Part shown: piece after piece, positions 1-8,727 of the stretch
Numbering within the stretch: the first letter of the stretch is position 1
Layout: every line of letters begins with the position of its first letter
Program-made: the position numbers and the translations under genes
DNA from: an uncultured Desulfobacterales bacterium
Lineage (GTDB): Bacteria; Myxococcota_A; UBA9160; JAFDET01
DNA length: 47,872 bases
Assembly (NCBI GenBank): GCA_964194905.1
Contig: CAXMOD010000249.1
Location: 1-47,872 of the forward strand
Direction of reading: 5' to 3'
The notes under the pieces: generated by a model
Database searches by the model: none
The model's input: only the letters and a program-made list of their open reading frames with translations
What the model was told of the DNA's origin: nothing

Positions 1-97
1 CTCCCCCGGCATCTACGAAACGCTCGCCGTCCTGGGTCGCGAAAAGACCCTGGCGCGTCTCGCCACCGCGCTGGAACGGATCGACCCGGCCTCCTAG
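1..97 (+). CDS. gltX: glutamate--tRNA ligase, C-terminal fragment (partial at window edge)
   Basis: Frame starting at base 2 reads SPGIYETLAVLGREKTLARLATALERIDPAS*, matching the GluRS anticodon-domain tail (SP-x-I-x-E-x-L-x-x-LG-RE-x-x-L-x-RL). tRNA-Gln and tRNA-Glu lie nearby. Confidence 0.8.
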   Translation, partial: SPGIYETLAVLGREKTLARLATALERIDPAS

Positions 98-137
98 CCG
101 CGCGACGCCCGCCCGGAGGCCGCAGCAAGTCCGGCAA

Positions 138-161
138 GCGGATGCCCCTTAGGGCATCCGC
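138..161. terminator. perfect 10-bp hairpin between convergent gltX and tRNA-Gln
   Basis: GCGGATGCCC-CTTA-GGGCATCCGC. There is no U-tract, so a terminator role versus a REP-like role is uncertain. Confidence 0.45.
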
Positions 162-236
162 GCGCAGCGAGGAGTAGCCGAGCGAAGCCGCGGGCCCGAG
201 CGCGAGCGATCAGCGAGTGCGAGGCCGCGGTAGGGC

Positions 237-310
237 TGGATCCCCGGGAAGGATTCGAACCTTCATTAGCGGAACCAGAATCCGCTGTCCTGCCGTTAGA
301 CGACCGGGGA
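237..310 (-). tRNA. tRNA-Gln(CTG)
   Basis: Reverse complement folds as a cloverleaf: acceptor TCCCCGG/CCGGGGA, anticodon arm GCGGA-TTCTGGT-TCCGC, T-arm GAAGG-TTCGAAT-CCTTC, encoded CCA. Confidence 0.96.
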
Positions 311-445
311 AGCGTCGAAAGGGGTAGCGGAGCGCCCGTCGATCCTCAACCTGCCTGCCGGGCGCTGCCGGGGGCCGCCACGTGCCTCTCAAGTCCCGGG
401 TTTCTCGCGCCGATCCAATGGGTTGGCGCGAGGAGGTGCGGCTCA

Positions 446-2362
446 ATGAGCGAGCGGGCGAGAGAGCTTCCCCGCGACGGCGTGCTGGCTGCGGCCAGCG
501 TGGCCCTGGTGCTGGCGATGTACGCCCCGGCGCTCGGCGGTGGCTTCGTATTCGACGACAACGCGCTCGTCGGACGCCACCCGGACGTCGTACGGCTCGC
601 CCCGCTGGGCACGTATTTCGGCCAGATGTTCTGGGCCAATCCCGAGTTCGACGAGTCGCCGGCCTTCTACCGCCCGCTCGTCATCCTCAGCTACGCGGTT
701 CAGCACGCGCTGTCGGGCCCCAACCCCGTGGCCTTCCACCTCTGGAACGTGCTCCTCCACGCTCTCAGCTCCGCCCTGCTCTTCGCGTTGTGCCGACGCG
801 CCGGCGCGGATGCCGCCAGCGCCCTGCTGTGCGCGCTGCTCTTCGCCTCACTGCCGCGACTGAGCGAATCCGTGGCCTGGGTGAGCGGACGCACCGACCT
901 CAGCGCCGGGCCTGCGGTCCTCATCGCACTCCTCGTCCACCGCTCCGAGCCCGGCGCACTCGGCCGCCGCGTCGCAGCGGCGTGCGCGCTGTGCGCGGGT
1001 CTCTTCGCCAAGGAAGTGGCGATCGCCGGCGTGGCGGCGCTGTTCGCGTTGGAGGCGTGGCGCGTGCGGGTGGACCGTCAGTCCGGCGCCCGCGCGGTGC
1101 GCAACCTGGGACCGGCCGCGACCGGCGTCGCGGTGTACGCGGCCGCGCGGGCATGGGCGTGGTCGAACAGCGGCTCGCGCATGCTGGCCGAGGCGCCACT
1201 TCCGCTCTCCGAACGACCCGCGGCCGCGCTCCAGGCGATCGGCCACTACGTGACGATGGGACTCGACCCGCTGCGCCCGCGCGTGCTGATCGGCGTCCTC
1301 GGCGAGACCGATGCGGTGCACCTGGCGCTCGGTGTCCTCGGCGCGTTGGCTCTCGGCGCCGCCGGGCTCTTGTGGCTGCGGCGCTCGGGCAGCGCCGCCG
1401 AGGCTGCCGGCGGAGCGCTCGTGGCGGCCGGCCTCTTCCCGGTGCTGCATCTGGTGCCGATCGCCGGACAGATGTCCGCTGCCGACCGCTACCTCTACGT
1501 GCCCGCCCTAGGACTCGCGCTGCTGGCTGCCACAGCGACGGCGTCGCTCGCCGGCCGTGCGCGCCGCGGCGCCGGAGCCGTGGCACTGGTGGCACTCGTC
1601 GCCTTTGCGTTCACCACTCCGAGGCGTGCGGCGATCTGGGGCGACGAGCTGCTGCTCTGGCAGACCGCAGTGGCCGAGGCACCAACCGCCCTCGGAGTGG
1701 CGCACGCGGGGCTCGGCGAAACCTTGTTGAGACACGGGCGGCCCGCCGAAGCGCTCGCCGCGTTCGAGGAAGCCTCCCGGCGGATTCGCGCGCGTCGGCC
1801 CGATGCACTTCTGCCCGAGAACGTGGCCGGAAACATGGCGTTGTGCCTGGCACAGCTGGGTCGCCATCCCGAAGCGGTCGAGTTGCTCGAGGGCGTCGTG
1901 CGCGCTCGTCCGAAGACGCCGCTCCACCGTTACAACCTGGCCCTGATGCGCGCTCAGATGCTCGACTTCGACGCTGCGCAGCGCGAGCTCGAGGCTGCGT
2001 TGGCCCTCTATCCCGACTACCCCCGCGCCCGCTCGCTCGGCGCCTCACTGGCCCTCTCGCGGGCCGAGTGGGAGTCCTTGCCTCCCGCGCGCGACGACGA
2101 GCCCAGTGCCGTCAGCGCGGCGCGGGCGCACGCGTACGCGCGGCTCGGCAATCGCCCGGCAGCGGAGCTTCACTGGCGGGCGGTGGTATCCGCACCGGAC
2201 GCGCGCACCGAGGACCTGCATCGCGCCGCAGTCTACCTGGTGGTGTGGGGAGATCCGGACGCGGCCGCCACTGCCATCGGCCGGCTGCGCGGCGTTCCGG
2301 CCCTGCGCTCCCGGGTCGAGGAGCTCGACGAGGCGCTGGCCGAGCGGCGCAGCGCGGGCTGA
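446..2362 (+). CDS. TMTC-like (GT-C fold) membrane glycosyltransferase with C-terminal TPR repeats, paralog A
   Basis: FVFDD after TM1, YRPL, HxxNxxLH, ESVAWVSGRTDL, KE, ADRYLYVP, WGDELLLW, then TPR helices. Strong SD (GAGGAGG) before the ATG. Confidence 0.8.
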   Translation: MSERARELPRDGVLAAASVALVLAMYAPALGGGFVFDDNALVGRHPDVVRLAPLGTYFGQMFWANPEFDESPAFYRPLVILSYAVQHALSGPNPVAFHLWNVLLHALSSALLFALCRRAGADAASALLCALLFASLPRLSESVAWVSGRTDLSAGPAVLIALLVHRSEPGALGRRVAAACALCAGLFAKEVAIAGVAALFALEAWRVRVDRQSGARAVRNLGPAATGVAVYAAARAWAWSNSGSRMLAEAPLPLSERPAAALQAIGHYVTMGLDPLRPRVLIGVLGETDAVHLALGVLGALALGAAGLLWLRRSGSAAEAAGGALVAAGLFPVLHLVPIAGQMSAADRYLYVPALGLALLAATATASLAGRARRGAGAVALVALVAFAFTTPRRAAIWGDELLLWQTAVAEAPTALGVAHAGLGETLLRHGRPAEALAAFEEASRRIRARRPDALLPENVAGNMALCLAQLGRHPEAVELLEGVVRARPKTPLHRYNLALMRAQMLDFDAAQRELEAALALYPDYPRARSLGASLALSRAEWESLPPARDDEPSAVSAARAHAYARLGNRPAAELHWRAVVSAPDARTEDLHRAAVYLVVWGDPDAAATAIGRLRGVPALRSRVEELDEALAERRSAG

Positions 2363-2385
2363 GTGCGCTACCACCCAGGGAAGCC

Positions 2386-3321
2386 ATGGGCGCGGGCGAC
2401 ACATCCCTTGCTTCCCTTTCTCAACGGGACCCGAGCCAGGAGCCGAGTTGGCTCCAGACGGCCGTGCCGCCGGCGGTTCGCCTGCTGCGGCCCCACCACT
2501 GGATCAAGCAGGCGTTCGTGCTGCTGCCGGTCCCCTTTGCCCTGGCGGCCGGCTCGGACCTGCTCCCTGGTGTCTTCGCGCTCGGGTTCGTCGGCTTCTG
2601 CCTGCTCAGCTCGGCCGTGTACGTGTTCAACGATCTGTGCGACGCCGAGGCGGACCGCGCCAGCCCCCGCAAGCGCAACCGACCCATAGCCTCGGGTGCG
2701 GTGTCCACCCGCCTCGCGTGGACGATGGCCGGACTGCTGCTGGCAGCGGCCATCGCACTCGGTGCCGCGACCGGGCTACCCGAGGTCCTGGTCCTCTTCA
2801 GCGCCTACGCCGGCGCCAACCTCGCCTACTCCCTGGGCGTGAAACACGTGCCGTTGGTGGACGTCTTCGTGCTGGCCTCGGGCTTCGTCATCCGGGTTCT
2901 GCTCGGCTGCGCCCTGTTGCAGGCGCCACCCTCGGCCTGGCTGCTGCTGTGCACGTCGGCGCTCGCCCTCTTCCTGGCGTTCGGCAAGCGCCGCGGAGAT
3001 CTGCTGGAAGGCGTCGGCACCGACCATCGGCCCGCGCTCGCGGGCTACAGCATGCCCTATCTCGACGCGGCCGTTGCGCTCTGCGCAGGTGTCGCGCTCG
3101 TCTCCTACGCACTCTATTGCCTGGAGGGGGGTGTGCTGGTGCGCGGTCGCGAGCTCGCCGGTCTCGTGTTCGTCGCGTTCACCCTCTTCGAGTACCTGCG
3201 CCTCGTCTACACGGAGGGTGCCGGCGCTTCACCGGTGACGATCGCGTTGACCCACCGGCCCATCCAGGCGGCCGTCGTCCTCTGGCTCGCCGCAACCCTC
3301 TGGTCGCTCGGCGCCCTCTGA
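2386..3321 (+). CDS. UbiA-family decaprenyl/polyprenyl-phosphate phosphoribosyltransferase (DPPR synthase-like)
   Basis: LRPHHWIKQ, YVFNDLCDAEADRASPRKRNRPIASG, YSLGVKHVPLVDV..ASGFVIRV and LFLAFGKRR..L..RPALAGYS are motifs of the Rv3806c-like subfamily. It is the C-terminal part of ORF 382..3321; the start is approximate. Confidence 0.8.
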   Translation: MGAGDTSLASLSQRDPSQEPSWLQTAVPPAVRLLRPHHWIKQAFVLLPVPFALAAGSDLLPGVFALGFVGFCLLSSAVYVFNDLCDAEADRASPRKRNRPIASGAVSTRLAWTMAGLLLAAAIALGAATGLPEVLVLFSAYAGANLAYSLGVKHVPLVDVFVLASGFVIRVLLGCALLQAPPSAWLLLCTSALALFLAFGKRRGDLLEGVGTDHRPALAGYSMPYLDAAVALCAGVALVSYALYCLEGGVLVRGRELAGLVFVAFTLFEYLRLVYTEGAGASPVTIALTHRPIQAAVVLWLAATLWSLGAL

Positions 3322-3338
3322 CGAGTCGACCGGGTGGA

Positions 3339-4193
3339 CTAGCCGAGCAGGCCGATCAGCGGAGGGTGAGGGACCAGCGCGACGGCCAGGGCGCCGGCGG
3401 CCAGCGCCGGTCCGAAGCCGAAGGGTGTGGCGGCTCCGCGCTCTTCCGCCAGCAGCTGCACGACGCCCAGCACCAGCCCCAGCAGCGCCGCCACCACGAT
3501 GGTCTCCAGCACCCCGCCCGGTCCCAGGAAGGCGCCGATGGCTGCCATCAGCTTCACGTCGCCGAGTCCCAGGCCGGGAAACCAGAGCCAGTAGTCGGCG
3601 TCGCCCGGCCCCGGCAGCGGCTCGCCCTCACCCGGCCAGTGGTCGAAGGTGCGACCGAGCGCCACCGACACGCGCGCGTGCAGGAAGCCCACGGTCCAGA
3701 GCAGGCCGCCGCCCAGAAGCGCGCCGATCAGCGTGTTCTCGATGGCGTGCGTCGCCGGTACGCCCTCCAGCACCATCGCGATGGGCGTAGCAACCAGGCC
3801 CAGCGCGAGGCCGCCCAGTGAAATCGCGTCCGGAATGAAGCGGTGCTCGAAATCGATGAGGGCGGCGGCGAGCAGTCCGGCCACCAGGACGAAGGCGAGC
3901 GGGGTGAACGCGCTCGTGCCGTAGCGCCACGCGGCCGCTGCGAAGAGCAGCCCGGCCGCCAGCTCCACCAACGGGTAGCGCACCGAGATGCGCGCGCGGC
4001 AGGCGCTGCAGCGGCCGCGCAGGGCGAGCCAAGACAGCACCGGAACGTTCTCCCAGGGCCGGATCTGGTGGCCGCACTGGGGGCAGCGCGAACCGGGACG
4101 CACGATGGATAGACCTTGGGGCACCCGGTGGGCCACGACGTTGAGGAACGACCCCACGATGAGGCCGAGGACGAACGCCGTGGCGACGGGCAC
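3339..4193 (-). CDS. pilD: type IV prepilin peptidase/N-methyltransferase
   Basis: GSFLNVVAHRVP, two CxxC pairs (RCPQC, RCSAC), ISVRYPLVE, catalytic Asp motifs LIDFEH and GLGDVKL, PFGFGP. Confidence 0.93.
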   Translation of the reverse strand: MPVATAFVLGLIVGSFLNVVAHRVPQGLSIVRPGSRCPQCGHQIRPWENVPVLSWLALRGRCSACRARISVRYPLVELAAGLLFAAAAWRYGTSAFTPLAFVLVAGLLAAALIDFEHRFIPDAISLGGLALGLVATPIAMVLEGVPATHAIENTLIGALLGGGLLWTVGFLHARVSVALGRTFDHWPGEGEPLPGPGDADYWLWFPGLGLGDVKLMAAIGAFLGPGGVLETIVVAALLGLVLGVVQLLAEERGAATPFGFGPALAAGALAVALVPHPPLIGLLG

Positions 4194-4203
4194 GCCGCCG
4201 ATC

Positions 4204-4983
4204 TTACCGGAAGTCGCGGCGCTGGAAGATGAGGCTCGCCAGCAGCAGGATCGCCACGACGTAGGCGGCGCCGTAGGCGAGCGGAGCCAGCACCTCGGGA
4301 CCGGGATCGATGGCGAGCCCGTGGCTCGCCTTGAGGCTCAGATTGAACACCGCGATGTCGGGAAGCACCTGGTGCAGCGCGCGCGCCGCGCCCACGATGT
4401 AGGCGACGTCGGTCTGGCGGGCCAGCTCCATCAGGTCGCGCGTGAGGTTGCCCGCCAGCCAGATGCCCGTGGTGAACATCGCCGCCAGCATGGGTGTGGT
4501 GAAGGCGGAGAAGAACGTGGCGACCGCCACCACCAGCGCAAGCTCCATGGCCAACAGCCCGAAGGCGGCCACGTGGCTCCAGTCGAACGGGCGCTCGTCG
4601 ATCAGCGACACCGCGGCGAAGGCCACCGCCATCACCACCACCTGCATCCAGATCGTGGCCACCAGTCCCAGGTACTTGCCCACCAGGAACTCGGGGCGGG
4701 AGATCGGCTTGGCCAGTACCGTGTAGATGGTGCGCCGCTCAACCTCCTTGTAGATGAGATTGATCCCCACGGCGATCGCGATCATCACCCCGAACAGGCG
4801 CGCGGAGGCGAAGGCCAGGTCCTGGAGGATGCGCCCCTGCTCCACGTACGAGAGGTTGGAGAGCAGGATGCTGGAGCAGATCAGGATCAACGCGAAGGCG
4901 ACCAGCGTGTAGAGCACGCGGTTGCGCACGGCCTCGCGCACGGTGTTGCCGGCAACGGCGAAGATGCGAGTCAGGAATCCCAT
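4204..4983 (-). CDS. pilI: ABC-2 type permease, PilI/Xap-like pilus-associated
   Basis: NTVREAVRNRVLY, KEVERRTIYTVLAKPISRPEFLVGKYLG, about 6 TM segments, C-terminal FQRRDF. ATG overlaps the upstream stop. Position matches Myxococcus pilI. Confidence 0.8.
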   Translation of the reverse strand: MGFLTRIFAVAGNTVREAVRNRVLYTLVAFALILICSSILLSNLSYVEQGRILQDLAFASARLFGVMIAIAVGINLIYKEVERRTIYTVLAKPISRPEFLVGKYLGLVATIWMQVVVMAVAFAAVSLIDERPFDWSHVAAFGLLAMELALVVAVATFFSAFTTPMLAAMFTTGIWLAGNLTRDLMELARQTDVAYIVGAARALHQVLPDIAVFNLSLKASHGLAIDPGPEVLAPLAYGAAYVVAILLLASLIFQRRDFR

Positions 4984-5945
4984 CACTGCTCCTTGCCGCC
5001 CGGGTCTTTGCTCCCTTGATGGACGGTGGACAGGAAGATCGTCTCCAACGAGGCCCGGATCGGTGTCACGGAGATCACCTCGGCGTTGGCCCCCAGGGCC
5101 GCACCGAGCACACCCTCGACCTGCTTGTGCGGCACCCGCACCTCGACCTGGTCGCCGTGCCCGCGCAGAACCGCGCCGAAGCGACCTTCGATGAGATCCG
5201 CCACCTCGGGTGAGAGGCGCGCCAGGACCACCTCGCTCTGCGGCTCGGCCCCGTCGGCAAGGAACTCCTCGATGCGCCCGGTCCAACGGATACGCCCCTC
5301 CACGATGATCGCCACGCGGTCGCACACCATCTCCACGTCGTGGAGGATGTGGGTGTTCATGAAGACCGTCTTGCCCTCTTCACGCAGGCGCAGGATCAGG
5401 TCGCGGATGTCCTTGCGGCCGATGGGGTCGAGGCCGCTCATGGGCTCGTCCAGGAACACCACCTTCGGATCGTGAACGAGCGCCTGGGCGATGCCGAGCC
5501 GCTGGAGCATGCCCTTCGAGTAGTTGCGCAGGCGCACGCCGCCGGCGTGGGACAGCCCCACCCAGCCGAGCAGCTCATCGATGCGCCCCTCACGGGATGC
5601 GCGCCGCACCGAGGCGAGCCGCGCGTAGAAGCGCAGGAACTCGCGGCCCGTGAGGAACTCGTGGAAGTAGGGGTTCTCGGGCAGGAACCCGATCTCCTTG
5701 CGGAAGGCGGTCTCGCGCACGTCGTGGCCCAGGATGGCCGCGCTACCCGACGTCGGCCGGATCAGCCCCAGCAGGATCTTCAGCGTCGTGGTCTTGCCGG
5801 CGCCGTTGGGGCCGACGAAACCGAAGATCTCTCCGTCCTGGACACTCAGCGAGATGCCGTCCAGCACACGCTTGGTGCGCAAGCCAAAGCCGGGTCGGAA
5901 GTCCTTCGTGACGTTCTCGACGCGAACGAGTTCATGCGGAGCCAT
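4983..5945 (-). CDS. pilH: ABC transporter ATP-binding protein, PilH-like (Myxococcus nomenclature)
   Basis: Walker A GPNGAGKTT, signature YSKGM, Walker B VVFLDEP, H-loop NTH. Confidence 0.85.
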   Translation of the reverse strand: MAPHELVRVENVTKDFRPGFGLRTKRVLDGISLSVQDGEIFGFVGPNGAGKTTTLKILLGLIRPTSGSAAILGHDVRETAFRKEIGFLPENPYFHEFLTGREFLRFYARLASVRRASREGRIDELLGWVGLSHAGGVRLRNYSKGMLQRLGIAQALVHDPKVVFLDEPMSGLDPIGRKDIRDLILRLREEGKTVFMNTHILHDVEMVCDRVAIIVEGRIRWTGRIEEFLADGAEPQSEVVLARLSPEVADLIEGRFGAVLRGHGDQVEVRVPHKQVEGVLGAALGANAEVISVTPIRASLETIFLSTVHQGSKDPGGKEQ

Positions 5946-6870
5946 CGTCGTTCTCCTCCAGCTGCTGCTCTCGCTGCATTTCCTGCTGCCGCCAGCGCTC
6001 GCGTCGCACGCGGTCGTTTCCGTGGATCCAGGGCTCGTAGCGCCGCTTCAAGTACGTGGACACGATGCGCTCGCGGTCGTCCAGGGTCCACTCGCGACCG
6101 TGCGGCTCGGGCGGCAGCGCGCGCAGCACCGCGTAGGGACCCTGCGCCAGGTCCTCGACGCGCTCGATGTCGCGTCCGGCTCGCTGGCGGTAGGTCTCCC
6201 GTGCGTCGTCCAGGAAGCGCGCGGTGCGCTCGGTCTCGATCTCGAGGAGCGCCGCCTCGTACTGGGCCTTGGCGAGCGGGTCCTCGGTGCTGCGCACCAG
6301 CTCCGCGAGCAGGACCGCCGCCGTCTCGATTCCCGCCGTGTCGGCCTTCAGCCGCGCAACCAGCCGTTTCAGGTAGGACGGAGCGCCCTCCAACTCGGAT
6401 GCGCGCTCCATCGCCTTGGCCGCCTCGACGTTGTCTTCGAGGTAGTAGAAATGGTTGAAGCCCAGGTAGAACCAGTTGCGCCAGTCGTCCGGGTGGTAGG
6501 TGACCGCGCGCTCCAGCAGCCGGTTTGCGAAGCGCACCTGCTCCAGGCTCCCGGTGAGCCAGTGCGCGGCGAAGCGGTAGGGGTGGCCGACCCACGGATC
6601 CACGGTGGTGACCACATCCACGAGCCGGCCGAGGAGAGGCGCATGCCTGGCCGGGTTCACCATCTCGGCCCCCACCACCTGCACCGCCTGCATCCAGTAG
6701 AAGTCGGCTACCAGAGGGCGGAAACCCAGCGAGGCCACGCGGGCCACGTCGGGCCGGGGTACGAAGGCGGCGTCGCTGTCCGCCCGGGACGTCGCCGGCA
6801 GCTGGGCGTGGAGAAGCCCCACAGAGAACACCGCGAGGACAGTGCCCACCAAGAGACCCGGACTACGCAT
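5932..6870 (-). CDS. PilG/XapA-like TPR-containing pilus accessory protein
   Basis: N-terminal hydrophobic segment, LGFRPLVADFYWMQAVQ, DPW, WFYLGFNHFYYL, PEPHGREW. Lies between the pilins and the ABC genes. Confidence 0.7.
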   Translation of the reverse strand: MRSPGLLVGTVLAVFSVGLLHAQLPATSRADSDAAFVPRPDVARVASLGFRPLVADFYWMQAVQVVGAEMVNPARHAPLLGRLVDVVTTVDPWVGHPYRFAAHWLTGSLEQVRFANRLLERAVTYHPDDWRNWFYLGFNHFYYLEDNVEAAKAMERASELEGAPSYLKRLVARLKADTAGIETAAVLLAELVRSTEDPLAKAQYEAALLEIETERTARFLDDARETYRQRAGRDIERVEDLAQGPYAVLRALPPEPHGREWTLDDRERIVSTYLKRRYEPWIHGNDRVRRERWRQQEMQREQQLEENDDGSA

Positions 6871-6893
6871 TCCCCCTCCCTCGAAAACTGGGC

Positions 6894-7496
6894 CTAGAAG
6901 TCGTCGCCTGCAGGGGGGATGAGCGGAGCGACGGAGTTCAACACGTCGTTGCCGTAAGCGTCCACAGGGGGGTTGCCCCAGGTGACGGTCGGCACGATGC
7001 CGCCCGGACACAGGTAGCAGGGAAGCGTGTTCCCGGCCTGGTCCGGAAAAACGTACATGAAGACGGACAGGAGGCCATCGCCGTCCACGTCGCCGTAGGC
7101 GCCGGACGTGAAGAGCGGGCCGTTGGCGCCCGCGACCGCGTGGGTGTCGTAGTCGAAGTAGGTCGCTCCCTCCGGTACCCAGCCGAGCAGGTCGAAGCCG
7201 GCGCCGGGGACGTCGGTGGAGAAGCGGTTGTCGCCGCTGTTGGCCCAGTTCTGCTTGTCGGGCGTAAGCGAGATGAGCGGCGAGGGCGTTGCCATCACGA
7301 ACGCGCCGAACTCGGTGTAGTAGATGAGCTGGACCTTCCGGATGCCTTCCAGGTTGGTGTAGGCCTCGCTTCGCTTGGAGCGGGCCTGGTACAACAGGAA
7401 GTTGGGGATGGCGATCGAGGCGAGGATGCCCGCGATGGCAACGACGATCATCAGCTCGAGCAGCGTGAAGCCTTCGCGTCGGCTGCGGAGTCGCAT
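6894..7496 (-). CDS. type IVa pilin, second copy
   Basis: Basic leader, G|[25 protein letters not shown]5, P22. Confidence 0.93.
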   Translation of the reverse strand: MRLRSRREGFTLLELMIVVAIAGILASIAIPNFLLYQARSKRSEAYTNLEGIRKVQLIYYTEFGAFVMATPSPLISLTPDKQNWANSGDNRFSTDVPGAGFDLLGWVPEGATYFDYDTHAVAGANGPLFTSGAYGDVDGDGLLSVFMYVFPDQAGNTLPCYLCPGGIVPTVTWGNPPVDAYGNDVLNSVAPLIPPAGDDF

Positions 7497-7535
7497 GGTC
7501 CCGGTTCCCCTCGGTGCTCAGCTGGGTCGCGGTGG

Positions 7536-7579
7536 AAAAGAGGATGGCGGGAGGGCCGGGATCGACCGACCCCCCCGCC
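7536..7579 (-). terminator. intrinsic terminator/attenuator after the first pilin gene
   Basis: mRNA-sense 14-bp stem GGCGGGGGGGUCGG/CCGGCCCUCCCGCC (two G-U pairs), 6-nt loop, then AUCCUCUUUU. Confidence 0.65.
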
Positions 7580-7592
7580 GAACTAGAGCGAT

Positions 7593-8183
7593 CTAGAAGA
7601 TGCTCTGGCCGTGGCCGGCGGCGCAGGGGCCGACGGTCTCGAGCAGGTCCTGAGCCACGCTCACGGCGTTGTACACGCCGCCCGCGACGCAGGTGCTCCC
7701 CGCCATACCGGTGGTCGCACCCGGCAGCGGCTTCACGTAGCCCCACCAGTTGATGGTCGTCTCGTCGTCGATGTCCGAACCGGCCTCAGCCGTGAACCGC
7801 GTACACGGGTTGCCGGCAGCCGGGCAGCCCGACGGGTCGGCAGCAGCCTGGTACGAGTAGTAGGTCTCGCCCTCGGGGGCCCAACCCATCACGCCGAAGC
7901 CACCATTGTCCGCCCAGTTCTGCTTGTCGCCGCTGAGGTTGGCCGCGTTGATGGCGGACGGCGAAGCCGTGCCGACCACGTACGTGCCGAACTCGGCCGC
8001 GTAGCCTTCCTCGGCCGTCCGGATGGCGGCGAGGTTCGTCTTGCCCTCAGCCGCCTTGGAGCGCAGCTGGAAGCGCAGGAAGTTCGGGATGGCGATCGCG
8101 GCGAGAATGCCGATGATCGCAACCACGATCATGAGCTCGATCAGCGTGAAGCCGCCCGAGCGCTTGCGAAGAAGCTTTCGCAT
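7593..8183 (-). CDS. pilA: type IVa major pilin
   Basis: [11 protein letters not shown]|[31 protein letters not shown], four Cys in the C-terminal domain, sigma54 promoter upstream. Confidence 0.93.
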   Translation of the reverse strand: MRKLLRKRSGGFTLIELMIVVAIIGILAAIAIPNFLRFQLRSKAAEGKTNLAAIRTAEEGYAAEFGTYVVGTASPSAINAANLSGDKQNWADNGGFGVMGWAPEGETYYSYQAAADPSGCPAAGNPCTRFTAEAGSDIDDETTINWWGYVKPLPGATTGMAGSTCVAGGVYNAVSVAQDLLETVGPCAAGHGQSIF

Positions 8184-8308
8184 GGGGTTTCGTTCTCCTA
8201 TTGCGTGCCGAGCGCTCTGTGCCCGCCGGAGGCCGATGCCCCCATGCAACCCGACCATCGGGCCCTGGGCTGACCGCACGCTCGGAAACGCGGGTCGCGG
8301 AGGGTTAG

Positions 8309-8324
8309 AGCAACCGCCGTGCCA
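8309..8324 (-). promoter_or_regulatory. sigma54 (-24/-12) promoter of pilA
   Basis: Minus strand TGGCACGGCGGTTGCT is an exact match to TGGCACG-N4-TTGC(A/T), about 125 nt upstream of the pilA ATG. Confidence 0.88.
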
Positions 8325-8448
8325 TCCGCGCACCTGCGTCTTCGGGTATCGGCAGGCGCGCCGGGGAAGTTGAGGCCTGGGTGGGACGATCCTCGCTGGC
8401 CGGCCCAATGTGGTGGGGGTTCCGAACCGCACCCAGAGGGTCCGGAAG

Positions 8449-8485
8449 TGACGATACTCGTCGCTCGCGCTGACGATTTACGTCA
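8449..8485. promoter_or_regulatory. tandem palindromic enhancer (candidate PilR/bEBP binding sites)
   Basis: TGACG-ATACT-CGTCG (8449-8463) and TGACG-ATTTA-CGTCA (8471-8485), 22 bp apart and about 125-160 bp upstream of the -24 element. Confidence 0.6.
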
Positions 8486-8535
8486 CCGGCCGGCGGCGCA
8501 TGGCGAGCCCGGGAGGACAGGAAGGAGTAGGTGGG

Positions 8536-8611
8536 TGGTGCTCCCAACGGGACTCGAACCCGTGTTTGAGCCTTGAGAGGGCCCCGTCCTAGACCGCTAG
8601 ACGATGGGAGC
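8536..8611 (-). tRNA. tRNA-Glu(CTC)
   Basis: Reverse complement GCTCCCA...GGGCC-CTCTCAA-GGCTC...ACGGG-TTCGAGT-CCCGT-TGGGAGC-A-CCA, a 76-nt cloverleaf. Confidence 0.96.
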
Positions 8612-8727
8612 ACGCACGGGCCATCCAGAGATGAGCCGCGGAGCAACCTAGCCCCTGGCCCTGGGAGTCGCCACCGCGCCCGGATCCCCCGCATCAAGCG
8701 GGGCGTACCACCCGCCGATGCGCAGCG

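Noticed and set aside
382-2385. 979-aa ORF 382..3321 as one giant UbiA fusion
   Set aside because: The first roughly 670 codons are Arg/Pro/Ala-rich off-frame read-through overlapping the real GT gene (446..2362). Only the part from about 2386 is UbiA-like.
237-8611. Integrative element or prophage between the two tRNAs
   Set aside because: No integrase, transposase, phage gene or duplicated tRNA 3' end (att) was found, and there is no obvious compositional shift.
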